From an uncultured archaeon (GTDB lineage: Archaea; Nanobdellota; Nanobdellia; Woesearchaeales; UBA583), in contig CAKZOW010000117.1 of the NCBI GenBank assembly GCA_937138345.1, positions 37,572 to 101,571 of the forward strand: a stretch of 64,000 nucleotides of DNA, in the 5' to 3' direction. The first letter of the stretch is position 1. Each line of letters opens with the position of its first letter. Below, in pieces: positions 35,534 to 45,198 of this stretch. The translations under genes and the position numbers were made by a program. Below the pieces are notes generated by a model. It made no database searches. It worked only from the letters and a program-made list of their open reading frames with translations, and was not told where the DNA came from.

Positions 35534-35938
35534 ATGAATAGACCAGACAAGAATAGGACTTATTTACCAGATTTAGATTCCTTTGTGAGCGCAACTTATA
35601 TGAGTGCTTTATCGAAAGATATTATGCAAGCCATACTTGATGATGGCGCTATATCAACTCCATTTGGTACTTTAATTATAGAAGGGTCTAAGAAATTAGC
35701 TCCCTCTGCTAAATTAAGTAAGCTCTATGGTAAACTTGTATATGTAGATAACTCACACTCAGATGGTTACAGATTTACTGTCAAATATAAGCCTAATTGG
35801 AACCACTACATAGTAAGTAGATACAATACAAAAAAATACTGTCTCAAGTTTAAACCCTATGATGTTTTTAAAGGTAAAATCTTTAGAACCATCATGGAAG
35901 GTCTATGGTTAAATTGGTACAGAGATGACCGTCAGTGA
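35534..35938 (+). CDS. hypothetical protein
   Basis: 134-aa ORF. Confidence 0.5.
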   Translation: MNRPDKNRTYLPDLDSFVSATYMSALSKDIMQAILDDGAISTPFGTLIIEGSKKLAPSAKLSKLYGKLVYVDNSHSDGYRFTVKYKPNWNHYIVSRYNTKKYCLKFKPYDVFKGKIFRTIMEGLWLNWYRDDRQ

Positions 35939-36518
35939 ATTTATATATAAAGTTAAAGAACCCTTGAAACTACACAGCGGAGATAATGTTATCTCTAATA
36001 GAACTGTGTGGGCACACATACAATCAAGTTTCTTATTACTACTCAGTAGAGATAAGAGAAAAATCTATAAAACAAACTTATTCAAAAAAATAGAAGTACA
36101 GTTAGAGAAGGTTAACCTATCTAGTTGTATTCCTTTGGATTGTATGGGTGTTAGATTTAAACTACCTTCCTATATCGAAGATGATAGTGGTATAGTCTAC
36201 AGAGGATTAACCACCGCGGATTATTCTAAGTCCTTTAGAATAGTAAGCCCTAGAGATTTCCTAATTAAAACTAATATTAAAGGTAATAACCAGCCATACG
36301 CTTTTCAGCAAGGAGAATACATCTACTTGTCTGAGAACTATAATTGTATGATACTGGAATATTTACCTGATCCTACTGATAGCTGTAAAGTTTTAGTAGA
36401 AGAAGCTCCTATACCTAGTTATATGGAGGATAATGTATGTAGTATGGCTACACAAAAACTTGCTAACGCACTTAGAATTCCGTTTGATCATACTCAAAAT
36501 AAAAATAGTAATCAATGA
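35925..36518 (+). CDS. hypothetical protein
   Basis: 197-aa ORF. Confidence 0.5.
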   Translation: MTVSEFIYKVKEPLKLHSGDNVISNRTVWAHIQSSFLLLLSRDKRKIYKTNLFKKIEVQLEKVNLSSCIPLDCMGVRFKLPSYIEDDSGIVYRGLTTADYSKSFRIVSPRDFLIKTNIKGNNQPYAFQQGEYIYLSENYNCMILEYLPDPTDSCKVLVEEAPIPSYMEDNVCSMATQKLANALRIPFDHTQNKNSNQ

Positions 36519-37405
36519 AGTATATAAAATCTAACCAATTGATAGATGAAGTAAAGAATACCTTATCATCTTGGTTTAATTCGAATAAGTTAGATGAAAG
36601 TATACTGTATAGTAGAATACGTTACTGTTTATCGAAGTTCAGATATGAAACTTATCCTTACAAAACTACTACATTAGTTGTAGAGAATTATAAAGCTACT
36701 TTACCAGAGGATTTAATAAACCTTAATCTAGCTTTATTATGTTATCAAGAAGAAGCTCAGAATCCTTTAGAAAGATATGAAGATATTGTAAATACTAGAG
36801 ATTGGGTAGAAGCTATTGATTGGGGTAATACACATGTAAATGATGTGATGGATTTACACAAGGATGGCAAAGATACAATAGAAAAAATTGTAGTAAGCTA
36901 TAACGATTTCCCTGCCTTAATTTACAATAGATTTTCGCCTTTAACTTTATCTCAAAAATCAGATAGTTGTACTAAAACTTGTTTAAATAGTCAAGGAAGT
37001 ACACAGTCCGGAGCAATGGTAAGAAACGGTGAACTCCATACTAATCAAGAAACAGGGCTAGTTTATATAGAGTATTACTCAGAATTAGAAGATGATGGTG
37101 TTTATTTGATACCTGACCACCCAAGAGTAACTGAATGGATTAAATCTGATATGATTTATGAATGCTTTAAGTACTTATATTTAAATGGCGAAACTGATAT
37201 TTTACAAAGGATGCAGTTAACTAAACAAGAAACCAATATAATGTTTCATGATGCTATGGGTTTAATTAAAACTAGTGAAGTACATGAATACTATGCTTTA
37301 ACCGATAGATTACAAGCACGCTACACAAGAGCAGCTAATAATATTTATAACGAAAAATTATACCCTACAAGATATGGACAGGATTACCACAACAAACGTC
37401 GTTAG
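36515..37405 (+). CDS. hypothetical tail-associated protein
   Basis: 296-aa ORF. Confidence 0.5.
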   Translation: MKYIKSNQLIDEVKNTLSSWFNSNKLDESILYSRIRYCLSKFRYETYPYKTTTLVVENYKATLPEDLINLNLALLCYQEEAQNPLERYEDIVNTRDWVEAIDWGNTHVNDVMDLHKDGKDTIEKIVVSYNDFPALIYNRFSPLTLSQKSDSCTKTCLNSQGSTQSGAMVRNGELHTNQETGLVYIEYYSELEDDGVYLIPDHPRVTEWIKSDMIYECFKYLYLNGETDILQRMQLTKQETNIMFHDAMGLIKTSEVHEYYALTDRLQARYTRAANNIYNEKLYPTRYGQDYHNKRR

Positions 37406-40400
37406 TCACGATACATCTGCTGAACTAGGCGAAGGTGTACTTAACTATATGTTAAACGGAGATATTCAAGGACAGAATACTTCTGAAGGTAATTACTATG
37501 CCCAAAATGTTCTAGGAAATATTTCTTGTCTAGACATAGTACCTTTAGGAGTAATTAGATTAGATAAGGAACAATACATCTTATTCCATGATAATACTAT
37601 TACTTTATTCGATGCTAAAAATTGTGTTAAAACAGAAGTAGCTAAAGGAGATTGTTTAGACTTTAAGAACCCAATTAACGGAGTTTACAAGTACTACCAA
37701 GGGAAGAGGTATATTTACTGGGTGGAAGAAGGAAAACCTTGGAGGTTTCTGAACATAGATGATTGCGAACCAAAGGTTAAAACTAGTACTTGCTCTGATT
37801 GCTTAGAAGTATATGGTACAGATTTGGATTGTGACTATATGTTATTCAATCAGAAATTTAATGTTCCTTGCGTAGAGTTAGAAGAATTACAAGGTAATTT
37901 ACCTAACGGAGTCTACCAAGTAGCTATCGCTTATACTATTGATGGTTCGCGAGTAACTGACTACTATACTTTTCCTAATGTTATTAAACTTTTCTCTCAT
38001 GACTTTACTCATGGAATTAATGTAAAACTAGGAGATTGTATAGATTCTAAATTAGACCAATTCGAATTGGTACTAATAACACAACGAGCTGATAGGAGCG
38101 TCTCTGCGCAACGTATAGGATTTTTTGATACATCACAACGTTCAGTCTTTATAGATACGTTAGACGAGAGCTTTTACGTCCCTATAGACGTATCTGTATT
38201 ACTTTCTTCTAAAGTATATTATGAAGAAGGAGCTGATATGGCAGTTAATGGCGAATCGTTAGTAGTATCAGGTATAAAAGTTAAAGAAGATTTTGACTAT
38301 AGATTAGACGCTCAAAGTATTATAGGCGAATGGGTGAGTATAGCTACTCCAAAAGTAGAAGCCCATAAATACCAATCTTTAATGAGAGATGAGGTATACG
38401 CATTCGATATTGCATTCATCCACCCGGATGGTCAAATAAGTCATAAAACACATTTACCTAATTTAAATCCAGGTACTACTTACCAAGGATTAAATGCTAC
38501 AGATACAGCTCCGACTAGTGACGATTTCTTTGAAGAAGTTGCAGGTACATGTTTTGAAGATAATAGAAGAGTATTTGAAGTATACAATACCGCTACAGTA
38601 ACTACAGCTAATGTAGTAGATTGTACAACTTGTGGTGCTGTGGAGCAAGCTTCAGGGTCGTTTGGTTATTGGGAATCGAATCTCAACTATCCAGATGATT
38701 ATCCTACATTAGGTTGTACTCCTATCAAGTACCATAAAATGCCGTCCCATGATATTACACATATCCATGATGGAGATTGTGCTAATATTTTAACAGTTAG
38801 ATTTAGTAATATCCCTAAACCAAAGGATTGTGATGGTAACGATATTCCTGTTACTGGTTACATAATCTACGTATCAGATAGAAGGAACCATAAATCGGTA
38901 TTACACAAAGGATTGATTTACAATACTAGAAACTATACAGAATCTTGTGAAACTATAGAATATCCTAACTACCCGTTTAATGACCTTAACTCTGATGTAT
39001 TTTTACTAGATGAGAAGAGGAGACAATCTGCCGGTAATGGTAACCAACTAAATGATTTCAATTACGATAAATACACTTACCACTCACCAGATGTTCACTT
39101 TATCAAAGGAAGTCGAGGAAGTGAACTAAAGGTATATACTGAACAAATAGGTAAAATAAGAGGTGAATACCACTACACCAAGGATTACCCTATGTACCAG
39201 AAACTATCTCAGTTAGGTACAATAATCGCTCAAAGTGTAGGAGTACTTGAAACTTTTAAATCTCTTTACGGAGATAAGGAACAAGAAACTATAGTAGAGA
39301 GGACATTAACGAGGCTTAAAGAAAGAGTTACCAATGTAACTAATTTCCCTGTAGCTAGTTATGACCAAAATGCTATTGGCGGAGGAGGAGGTACTTTTAA
39401 CTTAGTATTCGCGCCTCCAGGAGGTACTTTAATAGGTAACTTTAATCCTAATAGTGGAGGAGCAGGTAATACTACTATCCTGCAAGAGGACTACACAACT
39501 ACAGTAGATGGTGATACAGAATGTACTGCTTTAAATAGATATATTTATACTGGAGGGTTACTACAAGATTTTGGGTTAGTAAATGCTTTGATACCTACGT
39601 TAGATGGTCAATGTAAAGTTAGATTAAATACAACTGCTCCAGAAGGTACTGGGGTAAGGTGGGATTTTAATGGTAACACTTACACAGGAATCACTGATGA
39701 TGGAGGTAACGTTACTTTCTTTGTAACTAATGATTGTGAATCTATTTCAAATATTGCTGTAGGTGGACTTATATTACCGGCTGTATTGGATGTATATTTC
39801 ACACCTGAATGTAATTTCGATGGAGATGAAAAAGTAACAGTTACTACTAAGACTAAGAATAAAGAGAATAAGATTCAATTATTAGACGATATGCCTTTCT
39901 TCGAAAGAGTACCAGTTCTAATGTTCTATTACTCAGAAGGTATCTTAGCTGCTCAGAGATTATTACAGTCAATTATAAAGCCTAAACAGTATGCTATAGA
40001 GTACACTGCCTTGGCGGATTATGACGAATATATTCCAGTAACTACTATTGGCGAACAAAGAAGACGAATTACCAAGCAAAGGTATATCGAACCTATCAAA
40101 CAATTGATAGACAGTGAAAGATTTCAAGCTTGGAATAACTCAGAATACATTCAATTAGATAACGTATTACCTGCTCCTACTACTACAGATTTTTCTAGAG
40201 TACTACATAGTGATGCAGGGTGTGATACTACAGATTGTCCGGACATCAGCTCTTTTGGGTTTGGTACTAATGTAGACGGTAACTTAGTTCAAGCAAGTTC
40301 TTATTACGTAGGGTTTAAACGTTATAATCCAAATCAATACGGAGAATTAGATGACTATGTATCTAGGCAAGCTTCTTGTGTACAAACTAACTTTACTCAA

Positions 40401-42125
40401 TCAGATACTATTTTTGCTGGAGATATTCATATTTCTAAATTCCAAGTGGAAAGAAAAATGAAGTTCTTTGATAAACTACCAACTGGTTTAGGAGATAACA
40501 CAGATTTCTCTTTATCAGAATACTTCTCGTTAGCTTATCCTAGATTTTGGATGGATGTAGTTAAGGACAGTGCAATTGAAGATGCAATAGAAAATCTTAT
40601 ACCAGGTGGTAATCGACTAATAGAACAAAACTTAGAAGCTATAAAAGCATTGGGCGAGTGTATGTCAGCATTTGAACAAACTTTACACAATATAGGACCT
40701 AATCTAGGTGTAGCCGGAGTAGCAGCTGAGATACTTGCTTTCATTACAGATATTGTAAATGGAGGAAATTTAACTAATCCTTTTAAACAGGATGGCTTAT
40801 TCTATACACATGTTACAGGTGTAGCAGATTTTTGGACTGAATCTGAGTTTATAGGTGACTATAGATTAGAGAAAAAACACTATCCGTACAGAGATTTAGT
40901 AGATTTAGAGAAGTCAAATGAGTTATTTGAATATAATTTACAGTATCTTTGGGACGGAGTATCTAAAAATCCAACTACTTTAGACCCAGACTGTTGTAAA
41001 AATGATTATGAGAATACTTTAGTTTACTCAGTTAGGAACGACCAAGATAGTAAAATGGATAATTGGTTAAAGTTTTTACCAAACAATTTCCAGAGACTTC
41101 CTAATAATACAGGGCAGTTTACAGGTATGGTGGAAATAGATGACTATAACTTATTCTTAGCCTTCGAAGATGGAGTATATGTAACTCAACAAGATGAAGG
41201 GCTTATAACAGATAGCGGTAATACAGTATTCTTAGGTACTTCTAATGGTTTTCAGAGAAGATTAAAAAGACTATCTACAGATTCTACAGGTTATACTGGA
41301 TGTATAGACAAAGACTCTATAGTATCAACTAGATATGGAGTATTCTGGTTCGATAGGAAACGTAAGAAGTTCTTTCAGTATGGTCAACAAGTTAACGATA
41401 TGACCGGAGATTGGCAATCCTACTTTAATGAACATTTAGATGAGCCTATCCAAGGAGTTTATGATAATTATTCTGATAGATTGTATTATTCTACTTCTAA
41501 ATGGACAATTTCTTTTAACCCTAAACAAGGTAAATTTGTAGGATTCCATAGTTTTTTACCGTCCAGTTACATACAGATGTCTAATAATTTCCTTACTATC
41601 AAGGATGGCATATGGAAACATAACTCTGGTGATTATCAGACTTACTATAATGACTTTTATCCGTTTGAAGTTAGTCTACAGACTAATGAGAAGTTTAATG
41701 TCAATACGTTACAATCTTTAAAGTTCTATTCAGAATACTTCAGAGAAAGTGGGTACAACAATAAAATTTGGTTGAATAAGTTTTTCGATAAGCTAATGAT
41801 ACACAACAATCAAGGTTCGACAGGTATAATGGATTTACACATAAAAGATCCAAATAAACCTACCTTAGATGGTGTGCCAGTTAGTAAGATGAATGGTTGG
41901 AGGTATCAGATTAATAAGTTTAAAGAAGCTAATTTAGCACAGCCTTATGTAAGATGGGATGGAATGAATTACTCTGTAGGACAAGTGATTAATGGTAATA
42001 AGGAGTTTGGTACAATCCAAGGTAATTACTACAACATTCATTTGATAGCAGACAATCCTACTTACTCAGATACTAAAATTAAATTAAAACTCTCAATAGA
42101 ACAGTACGATGCAATTATACAATAA
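37374..42125 (+). CDS. large tail fibre / tailspike-like structural protein
   Basis: 1583 aa, Cys-rich with Gly-rich segments (GGGGGTFNLVFAPPGGTLIGNFNPNSGGAGNTT). Its size and position suit a receptor-binding or tail protein. Confidence 0.5.
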   Translation: MDRITTTNVVSHDTSAELGEGVLNYMLNGDIQGQNTSEGNYYAQNVLGNISCLDIVPLGVIRLDKEQYILFHDNTITLFDAKNCVKTEVAKGDCLDFKNPINGVYKYYQGKRYIYWVEEGKPWRFLNIDDCEPKVKTSTCSDCLEVYGTDLDCDYMLFNQKFNVPCVELEELQGNLPNGVYQVAIAYTIDGSRVTDYYTFPNVIKLFSHDFTHGINVKLGDCIDSKLDQFELVLITQRADRSVSAQRIGFFDTSQRSVFIDTLDESFYVPIDVSVLLSSKVYYEEGADMAVNGESLVVSGIKVKEDFDYRLDAQSIIGEWVSIATPKVEAHKYQSLMRDEVYAFDIAFIHPDGQISHKTHLPNLNPGTTYQGLNATDTAPTSDDFFEEVAGTCFEDNRRVFEVYNTATVTTANVVDCTTCGAVEQASGSFGYWESNLNYPDDYPTLGCTPIKYHKMPSHDITHIHDGDCANILTVRFSNIPKPKDCDGNDIPVTGYIIYVSDRRNHKSVLHKGLIYNTRNYTESCETIEYPNYPFNDLNSDVFLLDEKRRQSAGNGNQLNDFNYDKYTYHSPDVHFIKGSRGSELKVYTEQIGKIRGEYHYTKDYPMYQKLSQLGTIIAQSVGVLETFKSLYGDKEQETIVERTLTRLKERVTNVTNFPVASYDQNAIGGGGGTFNLVFAPPGGTLIGNFNPNSGGAGNTTILQEDYTTTVDGDTECTALNRYIYTGGLLQDFGLVNALIPTLDGQCKVRLNTTAPEGTGVRWDFNGNTYTGITDDGGNVTFFVTNDCESISNIAVGGLILPAVLDVYFTPECNFDGDEKVTVTTKTKNKENKIQLLDDMPFFERVPVLMFYYSEGILAAQRLLQSIIKPKQYAIEYTALADYDEYIPVTTIGEQRRRITKQRYIEPIKQLIDSERFQAWNNSEYIQLDNVLPAPTTTDFSRVLHSDAGCDTTDCPDISSFGFGTNVDGNLVQASSYYVGFKRYNPNQYGELDDYVSRQASCVQTNFTQSDTIFAGDIHISKFQVERKMKFFDKLPTGLGDNTDFSLSEYFSLAYPRFWMDVVKDSAIEDAIENLIPGGNRLIEQNLEAIKALGECMSAFEQTLHNIGPNLGVAGVAAEILAFITDIVNGGNLTNPFKQDGLFYTHVTGVADFWTESEFIGDYRLEKKHYPYRDLVDLEKSNELFEYNLQYLWDGVSKNPTTLDPDCCKNDYENTLVYSVRNDQDSKMDNWLKFLPNNFQRLPNNTGQFTGMVEIDDYNLFLAFEDGVYVTQQDEGLITDSGNTVFLGTSNGFQRRLKRLSTDSTGYTGCIDKDSIVSTRYGVFWFDRKRKKFFQYGQQVNDMTGDWQSYFNEHLDEPIQGVYDNYSDRLYYSTSKWTISFNPKQGKFVGFHSFLPSSYIQMSNNFLTIKDGIWKHNSGDYQTYYNDFYPFEVSLQTNEKFNVNTLQSLKFYSEYFRESGYNNKIWLNKFFDKLMIHNNQGSTGIMDLHIKDPNKPTLDGVPVSKMNGWRYQINKFKEANLAQPYVRWDGMNYSVGQVINGNKEFGTIQGNYYNIHLIADNPTYSDTKIKLKLSIEQYDAIIQ

Positions 42126-43233
42126 AATACAAGAAAACAAATATGGTATGGAGTATGATATGTTAGCGGCTAATTTCTTAATGAATTCCACTGCGAGCCT
42201 GTTAGACGGGCGAACTAATAGAAAAGAAGAAGAAAGACTTCGTAAACAATCTAATCTAGACCAATTTATAGAAACACCTTATGATAGGTATGCTTATGAG
42301 TCTTATTCGAACTCTCCTTATATGAAGGATGGTGGTATGATTGGTAGTATGCGTCACAAAAAGAAAGGTATCTTCAATCAGGATTTATACCAAGAGAGTC
42401 GAAGTGTCGCACCTAAACATAAACCTAATCTAGGTCTGAATGATTTCATGGGAATGACTCCTCAACAAGCTATGGTATTTAAGGATGGGGGTTTATATAC
42501 TAGAGATAGAGAGGCTTATATTAATAGTTCTAATGTAACAATGAGAGGGATTAATAGTCCTGTATTAGGTTTTCCAGATATAGGTGACCCAGTTTTAATG
42601 ATGCCAGGTAAAGAATACAATTTCCCTAATGCTAGAGGTGTTCGTGAGCATAAGTTTCAAGAAGGAGGATTCTGGCAAGGTAATCAAGAAGAAGAAGTTT
42701 ACGATACTACAAGCAAGAATAAAGAAATGCTTAAATCTGCTAGAACTCGTAGACCATTACCTCAACCTATAAAAACTCCTAGAAATATAGCAGACTTAAA
42801 ACCTATCAGAGGTACTAAAGGTAAAAGAAATAGTGGAGGTACTACTATTAAAGAAGGTTTAGTTAAAAGAGGATTTAGTAATGATGAAGCTGCTGCAATT
42901 ACAGGAAACATTTACGCAGAAAGCGCGTTTAATTCTAAAGCAGTTAATCCTAGCTCTAAAGCTTTTGGACTTATGCAGTGGTTAGGTGATAGGAAACGAA
43001 AACTTCATAGTAAGTACGGAGATAATCCTACTACTGAGAATCAATTAGATTACATCGCTTGGGAATTACAAGGAGGTAACAAATATGAGAGTAATCAATT
43101 TGCTAAAGCAATGAGAGGTAAAACTTTAGAGGAAAAAACTTATGGATTTGCTAAACATGTTGAAAGACCTTCGCCAAGAGAAATAGAACAATCAATACAA
43201 AAAAGACAAAATTATGCAGCAACATACCAGTAA
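42109..43233 (+). CDS. virion-associated lytic transglycosylase (SLT domain) protein
   Basis: 374 aa. AITGNIYAESAFNSKAVNPSSKAFGLMQWLGDRKRKL contains the family-1 SLT signature (catalytic E-S followed by GLMQ). Confidence 0.65.
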   Translation: MQLYNKIQENKYGMEYDMLAANFLMNSTASLLDGRTNRKEEERLRKQSNLDQFIETPYDRYAYESYSNSPYMKDGGMIGSMRHKKKGIFNQDLYQESRSVAPKHKPNLGLNDFMGMTPQQAMVFKDGGLYTRDREAYINSSNVTMRGINSPVLGFPDIGDPVLMMPGKEYNFPNARGVREHKFQEGGFWQGNQEEEVYDTTSKNKEMLKSARTRRPLPQPIKTPRNIADLKPIRGTKGKRNSGGTTIKEGLVKRGFSNDEAAAITGNIYAESAFNSKAVNPSSKAFGLMQWLGDRKRKLHSKYGDNPTTENQLDYIAWELQGGNKYESNQFAKAMRGKTLEEKTYGFAKHVERPSPREIEQSIQKRQNYAATYQ

Positions 43234-43528
43234 AAAAGAATTATTGAACGCTTACTTAGGTACATTACCTTCAGACCAACAGGATACATTTATGAGTAAT
43301 TTCATAACTCTTAATGAAGAGAATAAAGGTTATTTATTACAGACTATTCGTAGTATGACTCCTGGGCATAGAGAAGTGCACCAAGAAGGCGGCTTACATT
43401 TCACAGGAGGTGGGTATAGTAATGTACCTAAGAGTACAGAAGAAGATTTAGATAGGTACTTAGCTACTTTAGATAAAGAACCTAAAAGCATTCAAATTGA
43501 TAAATTTAGAAAATACTTACAAATATGA
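43214..43528 (+). CDS. hypothetical protein
   Basis: 104-aa ORF. Confidence 0.45.
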   Translation: MQQHTSKKELLNAYLGTLPSDQQDTFMSNFITLNEENKGYLLQTIRSMTPGHREVHQEGGLHFTGGGYSNVPKSTEEDLDRYLATLDKEPKSIQIDKFRKYLQI

Positions 43529-45198
43529 AATTTAAAGATTATCCTTTTCTAAATTTCCCTGATGCTATAGCTAATGTAGAAGTAGAGAAAGATGAGACAG
43601 TAATGTTACCTAACGGCACTGTTTACAATATAAAAGGAAAGAAGCATAAAGATGGTGGAGAGAAAGTGTTCCTACCGGATGGTACTAAAGTATTCTCAGA
43701 ACATTTAAAACTTCCAGAGGATATTGCTACTAAACTAGTAGGTAGAAAGACTAAAAAATCTTCACCTGCCCAATTATCTAAGAAATTCAATACTTTGAAA
43801 TACAAAGAGATGATGGAGGATAATACAGGTAAGTGGGATAGATTAGCTGTACAAACTGCTGAGATGATGTTTAACAAGAATATCGCTCACCAAAATGCTA
43901 TATTCGAGACTCAAGAAGATTCTAAGAATAAGAAACAAACTGATATTTTTAAGTATGGAGGCGTGTATAAGTCTAAGACTAAATACCAGAATGGGGGACA
44001 GTATCCTTATAAACTAAATCCTAGTGTTAACGAAGAAGATAATTTAGTTACATTTGACTTTGGTAACCAAAATACAGGATTACAACCTCGTTCAGAGAAT
44101 CCAGACTTATTTGGTAAACAAAGTCAATATAATCCTGCTCACGTAGTTTGGCAGAAATACTACTATGGTGAAGACACTAATGCTATTAATTTTCAACAAA
44201 GACATGGCGAGGCTTATAAACACTTTACTGGTCAAGATTACAGGTATGATAACAAAACTCGTACAGATGGGAAATATGGAAACGTTACTGCCCACGCTCC
44301 TTTATTTAGTACTACTATGCAAGGTACAAAAGAAGGTAAAGTAACTCTTCAACAATACTTAGACAATCCTAGTATAGGCGACAGTTACGGTGTAGATTTG
44401 AGTAAAGCTTTTGATAAAAAGAGTAAAGACCCTTTCTATGAGGTGAATATCTTTGCTGAACCAAAAGCTACTATCGAACCTTTTGATTTTAACGTAACTT
44501 CTTTACAGGGAAAACCTATAAAACCTTTAGCTACGCCAGAATTAAATCTACCTGACTTATTACCTAATCCTCCAGCATCTAATGTACCAGAGAGAAAAGG
44601 TCCTACTCAAGAGGATATGTTATATGGTGTTCAACAAGGAATGTTATTAACTGGATTGGCTAGTTTAGGAAAAGAGAATCCGTATTTTAACCGTACAGAA
44701 CTCAAACCTATTTATAAACGATTCGACCCTATTAATAACCTTGCACAGGAAAGAGCATTTAATTTAATGCGAGAAAATATCGAAAGTTCTAATTTACCTG
44801 AACAAGTTAAACAAGCTCAATTACAGAATATGGGAGCTAAGTTAATGGAAAGTACAGGTCAAGTAGATTTACAGAACTATCAAGGTAAACTACAATTAGA
44901 TAACGATAATAGACAGATTCTACAGAATACTCTTAACCAGAATGTACAGAACCGAGAACTAGGTAATAGACAGTATGCTATGGACAAAGCTAGAGTAGAT
45001 GAATTATATAACCGTCAAAAGATGGGTTATATAAATAATATGTTAGATTTGTGGAGAGGTAGAGTAGAGGAACAAAGTAATGTAAACCTATTAAACCAGA
45101 TGTCTCGTAATTACAATATAGTAAATGGTAAAGGAACTTTTGATGCTGGAAAAGGTACAAATATTGATCCTAATACGATAAGAAACAGTTACCAATGA
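43525..45198 (+). CDS. hypothetical virion protein
   Basis: 557-aa ORF. Confidence 0.55.
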   Translation: MKFKDYPFLNFPDAIANVEVEKDETVMLPNGTVYNIKGKKHKDGGEKVFLPDGTKVFSEHLKLPEDIATKLVGRKTKKSSPAQLSKKFNTLKYKEMMEDNTGKWDRLAVQTAEMMFNKNIAHQNAIFETQEDSKNKKQTDIFKYGGVYKSKTKYQNGGQYPYKLNPSVNEEDNLVTFDFGNQNTGLQPRSENPDLFGKQSQYNPAHVVWQKYYYGEDTNAINFQQRHGEAYKHFTGQDYRYDNKTRTDGKYGNVTAHAPLFSTTMQGTKEGKVTLQQYLDNPSIGDSYGVDLSKAFDKKSKDPFYEVNIFAEPKATIEPFDFNVTSLQGKPIKPLATPELNLPDLLPNPPASNVPERKGPTQEDMLYGVQQGMLLTGLASLGKENPYFNRTELKPIYKRFDPINNLAQERAFNLMRENIESSNLPEQVKQAQLQNMGAKLMESTGQVDLQNYQGKLQLDNDNRQILQNTLNQNVQNRELGNRQYAMDKARVDELYNRQKMGYINNMLDLWRGRVEEQSNVNLLNQMSRNYNIVNGKGTFDAGKGTNIDPNTIRNSYQ